Source of the DNA: Promethearchaeota archaeon | GTDB taxonomy: Archaea; Asgardarchaeota; Lokiarchaeia; Sigyniarchaeales; SOKP01 | Direction of reading: 5' to 3' | Length of the DNA stretch: 21,707 nt | Assembly (NCBI GenBank): GCA_048937405.1 | Contig: JBHLNF010000024.1 | Span: 1 to 21,707, forward strand | In this document: in pieces, positions 16,707-21,707 of the stretch | Layout: the number at the start of each line of letters is the position of its first letter | How positions within the stretch are numbered: position 1 is the first letter of the stretch | Translations under genes and position numbers: made by a program | The notes under the pieces: model-generated | The model's input: the letters and a program-made list of their open reading frames with translations, nothing else | Told to the model about the DNA's origin: nothing | The model's database searches: none

Positions 16707-17666
16707 CTAACCGAATAAAATATTATAAATCATTAATTGTATTGCGAAAAAACCAAAAAGGAATAATCCTACACCTACTATCAACATTAGGAAAAATGTA
16801 AAGTAGCTTAAACCACGCTCTAGTATTGATTCATTAGGATTATGAGGATCGTAATAAACATTAATTTTTTTTCCTTCTTGGTACTGTTCTACTTTCATCA
16901 TAGCAAAGATTTTAGGAACAAATGTTCTAACTCCATGGGTGAAATCGAGTTTTATTTGGTGATTAGTATATTTCTGTCCTTCCACTTCATAAGTATAGGT
17001 TACATCCACGTTATAAGAAACGGTTTGTTCCTCTTTTTTTCGATATACCATTACTTTTTTGATTTCTCCTTCTACATAAGGCCATTTTTTACTTCTTGAT
17101 GCTTTTACAAGATATCTAAAATTTTGTCCAATTATGAGTACGGACGCGGTATATAATGCAAATGAGATAAGGTAGATTCCTAATTGAATTAGAAAATTAA
17201 ATCCACTAAATGCAAATCCTAATCCTAGGAAAATTAAGGCTGTTGGAACAGTAATGGCTACTGGAGAAAAACGTATCCAAGGATCCAATAATGATTCGTG
17301 AGGATTTTGAGGGTTATAGAAAATATAGACCTTATGACCTTCTGGATATAAATTTAGTACCCGTTGCACTATGGGTTTATCTTTCGTCATATTTCTTCCA
17401 ACTGGTCTCACTTTATTATTGGAGTATTTCTCTCCATCAATTTCATATGTATAAGTTATATCTGGTTGATAGATAGAAGCTGGTGTGTGGACAGCTTCGG
17501 CAAATTCAGCCAATTTTTTGGATTTAGGTTTCATTTGTGACTTGATCACTTCACCAATAACAACAGGCCATTTAGAGCATCTTGTAGTAATAATAATGTA
17601 TCTTATGATTAAAATAAAAATTAAAATACCAATCGCAAAAAATATAATAGAAAACCAATTTGAAAT
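16707..17666 (-). CDS. Membrane protein with two tandem DUF3592-like domains (track start GTG 17549; frame extends to a probable ATT at 17666)
   Basis: Two repeats of S..WP.V.GE(V/I)...YTYE(I/V).G.KY.N...Y(N/D)P.NP.ES.L separated by TM helices. The upstream extension supplies the first TM helix and SKWPVVIGEV. AGGTGA SD at 17673-17678 (minus strand). Confidence 0.85.
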   Translation of the reverse strand: MSNWFSIIFFAIGILIFILIIRYIIITTRCSKWPVVIGEVIKSQMKPKSKKLAEFAEAVHTPASIYQPDITYTYEIDGEKYSNNKVRPVGRNMTKDKPIVQRVLNLYPEGHKVYIFYNPQNPHESLLDPWIRFSPVAITVPTALIFLGLGFAFSGFNFLIQLGIYLISFALYTASVLIIGQNFRYLVKASRSKKWPYVEGEIKKVMVYRKKEEQTVSYNVDVTYTYEVEGQKYTNHQIKLDFTHGVRTFVPKIFAMMKVEQYQEGKKINVYYDPHNPNESILERGLSYFTFFLMLIVGVGLFLFGFFAIQLMIYNILFG

Positions 17667-17881
17667 AAATTCTCACCTACTAAAAGATTTCGTTTGTAAT
17701 TATATCTAATTTTTAACTCCATTATAAAAGCATTAATATTTAAGTTTTTTTAAAAATAGAAGGGAAAAGGAATCTATATAGTTATTTTAAATCACTCATA
17801 TTAGAAATTTGGAAATCAAAAAGTATTATTTTAACTCAAAACATACATAATAAGATTAAAAAATATAACTATTTGATTTAA

Positions 17882-19000
17882 ATGAGTTTAGAAACCTTAT
17901 TCAGTTCAGAAAAAATTGGGAATGTTGAAATAAAGAATAGGATAATTCGTTCAGCAACATTCACCAATTCTGCTACAGAGGATGGATATGTTACTGATAG
18001 AATGATTAAGTATTATACTGATTTAGCAGAGGGCGGAACAGGATTAATAATTACAGGTATTGTATCTATAGATGAAATAGGAAAGGCGGAGAAAAATCAA
18101 GCCTGTTTATATGATGATTCGTATATTAAGGGACAGGAAAAACTAGTTGACACGGTTCATGAATCTTCCGATGTAAAAATTGCTCCACAATTAAGCCATG
18201 CTGGACGCCAAAATCGAACTCCAGTGGCACCATCAGCTATTTTGAACCAAGTAAATAAAAGAATGCCTAAGGAGTTAACATCTGAAGAGATAAAAGAAAT
18301 AACTAATAACTTTATAAGAGCGGGGTGTCGTGCTTATGAGGCAGGTTATGATCTATTACAATTAAATGGTGGACATGGGTGGTTATTAAGTAACTTCTTA
18401 TCTCCTTATGTTAATAAGCGTACTGATGAATATGGTGGGAGTATAGAAAATAGAGCCAAGATATTAGTTGATATATATAATGGAATTGTTGACGAAGTTG
18501 GAAAAGATTTTCCAATATTTATAAAATTACAGACTGCTGATTATGTCGAGGGAGGATTAACATTAGATGATGGAAAAAAAATAGCAGAAATTATTGTTGA
18601 TACAGGATATGCCGCTATCGAGGCAACTGGAGGTTCTGCACACACATTACTAAATAGGGAAAAAACATATCCTGGTGTTGTTGTCAAATTAGAACAAGAT
18701 GAGAATTATTTTTTACCAAATATAGAGAAAATAAATCCAATAATGGGAAGTTGCAAGAGAATTCTCATGGGTGGTGTTAGAAATCCAATTAAAGCTGATG
18801 AACTGCTTAAAAAAAAAGTCATTGATTTTATAGCTATTTCGAGACCTTTGATTTGCGAACCTGACCTTCCAAATAAATGGTACAATGGTGATCTTTCAAC
18901 TCCATTATGTAATAGCTGTAATGCTTGCTTTGCAAGTGTTAGGACAAGTGCTGTAAGATGTACAATTAAAGAAAAGTTAATGTATCAGAGAAAAGAATAA
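17882..19000 (+). CDS. NADH:flavin oxidoreductase (Old Yellow Enzyme family)
   Basis: KNRIIRSAT, GGTGLIITG, QLSHAGRQ, GHGWLLSNFLSP..NKRTDEYGGS.ENR, RPLICEPDL, C-terminal CNSCNAC...C. Confidence 0.95.
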   Translation: MSLETLFSSEKIGNVEIKNRIIRSATFTNSATEDGYVTDRMIKYYTDLAEGGTGLIITGIVSIDEIGKAEKNQACLYDDSYIKGQEKLVDTVHESSDVKIAPQLSHAGRQNRTPVAPSAILNQVNKRMPKELTSEEIKEITNNFIRAGCRAYEAGYDLLQLNGGHGWLLSNFLSPYVNKRTDEYGGSIENRAKILVDIYNGIVDEVGKDFPIFIKLQTADYVEGGLTLDDGKKIAEIIVDTGYAAIEATGGSAHTLLNREKTYPGVVVKLEQDENYFLPNIEKINPIMGSCKRILMGGVRNPIKADELLKKKVIDFIAISRPLICEPDLPNKWYNGDLSTPLCNSCNACFASVRTSAVRCTIKEKLMYQRKE

Positions 19001-19002
19001 AA

Positions 19003-19521
19003 ATGAAAAAAAAACCAAATTTCGAATTTATTGAAAAAGAAATTAAAAAGAAAACTTTTGGAATAATTAGCACAATTGATAAAAATGGTCATTCTCATTC
19101 CACCGGAGTTGTATATGGAGTAGCACCTATTAGTTCTGAATTTGCCTTATATATTCTAACAGATAAGAATTATAAGAAGGTTAGAAATATAGAAAATAAT
19201 AGTTCTGTTTCATTTGTTATACCATTTCCTCATCATGTTTTAAGATTCGTCCCAGCATCATGCGTCCAATTCCAAGGTACTGCGCAAATTGTACCTTTTA
19301 GTGATAAAGTGGCTCAAGAATCATTTAGAGGGGGTTCCAAAATATTAAGAATGAACTTAAAACAAGTAAGTAATATGCCTAATAAGGGAGAAGGAGTAAT
19401 TTTTATAAAAGTTATTCCAAATAAGAAACTATTTTGTTATGGAGTAGGTATGAGTATAATGAAACTTCGCAAAAATGTGGAAAGTGGATCCTATTTCGTT
19501 AAAATTCCCGATAAACTATGA
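19003..19521 (+). CDS. Pyridoxamine 5'-phosphate oxidase-like split-barrel flavin/F420-binding protein
   Basis: GIISTIDKNGHSH, KKVRNIENNSSVSF, VQFQGTA. Starts 2 nt after the OYE stop, suggesting an operon. Confidence 0.85.
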   Translation: MKKKPNFEFIEKEIKKKTFGIISTIDKNGHSHSTGVVYGVAPISSEFALYILTDKNYKKVRNIENNSSVSFVIPFPHHVLRFVPASCVQFQGTAQIVPFSDKVAQESFRGGSKILRMNLKQVSNMPNKGEGVIFIKVIPNKKLFCYGVGMSIMKLRKNVESGSYFVKIPDKL

Positions 19522-19592
19522 TCTTTCTATTGATTTAATAAATCAGATTACATACCATATTTTTCTTTTACAATTTTTTATTAAAATTCTCT

Positions 19593-20858
19593 TTATATTT
19601 CGACGTCGAATTGTCCTGGAATGATTGAATTTGACCCACTAATAATATAAGCTATTACTGTTGTAATTCCCGCAGGGATAAATAATAATGGTACCCAAGT
19701 CATTTCTACAATTATAAATATAGCCGCAATAGGATTATTAGTTGCTGCACCTAAAGTAGCAGAGATTCCTAACATAACAAATAATTCAGGATTTTGTGGA
19801 TAAAATATAAGACCAAATAATCCCCCGATTATACCCCCAATAATCATAAGGGGCATGATTATTCCAGAACTGTTCAATGTTCCAATTGAAAGAATAATCG
19901 CAATAACTATAAAAATTGAAAAGATGAATAAATTAACCCAGTGAATATTTTGGATAAAATTTGTTAATACATTCAAAAATGATACATCTGGATGAAGAAG
20001 TTCTTCGCTATATGTAAAAGTTATAAATGGTATTAATAACAATAGAAAAATTCCATAGCAGATCCCTCCGAATAAAGGTAGAATCCATAATCCTATTTTT
20101 TTTTCAAAAATTTTTTTACATTGCATATTAAAATTTCTTAAGATAATCATGTAAAAAAAGACGAAAACTCCCATAATAACTCCAAAAAATACTAAAATTG
20201 GAAAAAGAATAATATAGTTGATGCTATTTTGCGTTGCTGTCGATAATTGAGTACTTATTAGAGGATCAAATCCAAAAACAACACAAAAAACAAGATAAGC
20301 GATTGTCGAAGATGTTATTGATGGAATTAATGATTTATAATATATATGGTTATTATAAGGAAGTTCAGCACAAAATAGAGCACCACTTATAGGAACTTTT
20401 AATAGTGCTGCAGTACAAGCACTAGCACCGATAAATGAATATTCTTTTCTGTTTGGATTATTTTTTTTTGAGAAAAGAGTTCCTAAATTTGCTCCAATTA
20501 TAAGTCCGGGGCCTTCTCTCCCACAGATCATTCCAGATCCAAATGTACATGACGTTGCGAAGGATTTGGCAATTGAGTTTGGTACTTTCTTATATTCCAA
20601 ATCTGATAAGGTGACCTCTTTTATAAATTGATCTGAACCAGTCCCCATAATTCTTTCAAATCTTCCATATTTTACTAAAAGACTTGTTAAAAGACTTGCT
20701 AAAATTGGTGCTATAAAATAAGGTATATAAGAAAACCCAAATTCGAAAAAAAGTAATAGATAATTAAATAAAATCATTATAATGCCACATATTACACCGA
20801 GAATAATAGCGACTAAGAATATCCGATAATTAATATTAGCCCAAGTCATTTTAACCAC
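19593..20858 (-). CDS. ClC chloride channel/transporter family protein (no CBS domains)
   Basis: GSGMICGREGP, PISGALFCAE, SGIIMP, NPIAAIFIIVEMT; multiple TM helices. Confidence 0.9.
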   Translation of the reverse strand: MVKMTWANINYRIFLVAIILGVICGIIMILFNYLLLFFEFGFSYIPYFIAPILASLLTSLLVKYGRFERIMGTGSDQFIKEVTLSDLEYKKVPNSIAKSFATSCTFGSGMICGREGPGLIIGANLGTLFSKKNNPNRKEYSFIGASACTAALLKVPISGALFCAELPYNNHIYYKSLIPSITSSTIAYLVFCVVFGFDPLISTQLSTATQNSINYIILFPILVFFGVIMGVFVFFYMIILRNFNMQCKKIFEKKIGLWILPLFGGICYGIFLLLLIPFITFTYSEELLHPDVSFLNVLTNFIQNIHWVNLFIFSIFIVIAIILSIGTLNSSGIIMPLMIIGGIIGGLFGLIFYPQNPELFVMLGISATLGAATNNPIAAIFIIVEMTWVPLLFIPAGITTVIAYIISGSNSIIPGQFDVEI

Positions 20859-20940
20859 AACAATTTCTCTTGATTAATTTGAAAAAATCATTTATTTATA
20901 GGATAAAAATTGTTTAAAAATATTTATTGAAATAAATAAA

Positions 20941-21510
20941 CTAATTATTGTTTTTATGAAGTAGGATAATTGTTATTAAATTTGATAATTTTGAGAAATT
21001 TGTAGTTTCTAGATTATCTTTATTAGGATCCCACCCAAATAAAACTTTCGCAGCTTTACTAAATTTCGATACGTACCATTTCATAATTGTTATCTTTTGT
21101 TTCAATTCTGAGACAAATTCTAATCTCGGCTTAAAATGATGAAATCCGTGCATTACTGAAGCATTGTCAGGATTTGACCTTAAATTTTTTATCCATGTTG
21201 CATCCTCTCCTCTTGCAGCAAAAATAGTGATAGTTCCTTCATATCGTCTGTATTCTAAAGGTGTTCTTCTTGTTTTTCCTGTTTTCCATCCTTTTGTTTT
21301 TAAAATCAGAATAATTCTTCCAAATCCCAATAAAGGCAATAATTTAGCTCTATACAATGGGATTACTAAATATTTATTTAGTTTTTTCCATCTTTTTAAA
21401 GTCTTTTTTTTAGAAATTTCATCTTGATAATGAAAGTTAAACATTACAGATCCAGGACGTGGTAATTCTTCGTTATTCTTTTCAATTTCATTTGATTTAG
21501 ACATTATCAT
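20941..21510 (-). CDS. Deazaflavin (F420)-dependent nitroreductase-family oxidoreductase (DDN/FDOR-A-like)
   Basis: LILKTKGWKTGKTRRTPLEY...AARGEDATWIKNLRSNP. Confidence 0.87.
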   Translation of the reverse strand: MIMSKSNEIEKNNEELPRPGSVMFNFHYQDEISKKKTLKRWKKLNKYLVIPLYRAKLLPLLGFGRIILILKTKGWKTGKTRRTPLEYRRYEGTITIFAARGEDATWIKNLRSNPDNASVMHGFHHFKPRLEFVSELKQKITIMKWYVSKFSKAAKVLFGWDPNKDNLETTNFSKLSNLITIILLHKNNN

Positions 21511-21707
21511 TATAAAAAAATTTTAATACTTATGAATTTTAAACACCATTTTTTACTTAAATTTATTGAGCATAGTTATAAGAATACTGGTCAAAAATCC
21601 TAATTAATGGCTTATCAATTTCAAGTTATTAATATTTACTATTTAATTTAATACAATGGAAAGTAACCCCATACAGTTAATAATATAAGATAAATAGTTA
21701 ATATAAC

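Noticed and set aside
48-21427. Short ORFs in the track that overlap larger genes on the opposite strand or in another frame (e.g. 720-944, 1221-1496, 5659-6140, 9495-9677, 10023-11213, 16842-17709, 21164-21427)
   Set aside because: Shadow ORFs of well-supported genes, with no motifs or ribosome-binding sites.

Overview
AT-rich archaeal-type DNA, most likely from an Asgard archaeon (Lokiarchaeia/Promethearchaeota). This is inferred from two Rab-like small GTPases, an 'EFWGHCSNLQAW' domain that I recall from Loki proteins, (G)AGGTG(A) ribosome-binding sites and TATA-like boxes. Most genes are accessory metabolic enzymes: a cupin, two SDRs, DmpI tautomerase, an amidohydrolase, CMD/AhpD, a histidine phosphatase, a crotonase, HPS, OYE, split-barrel flavin/F420 proteins, an Fe-S protein and a ClC. 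There are two distinct TnpB elements. The first is a complete non-autonomous IS200/IS605 element (530-1933) with IS608-like ends (TTAC target, AAAG/GAAT guides, TCAA end). It inserted exactly at a host stop codon and replaced it with its own. The second is an IS607-type element with a collapsed tnpA pseudogene and an intact zinc-finger-less D-E-H TnpB whose 3' end is rich in hairpins. Also notable: three small Cys-rich zinc-finger genes, a degenerate Rab GTPase fused to an uncharacterised domain next to a canonical Rab-like GTPase, and two genes that appear to need ATT/ATA start codons. No rRNA, tRNA or CRISPR array was seen.
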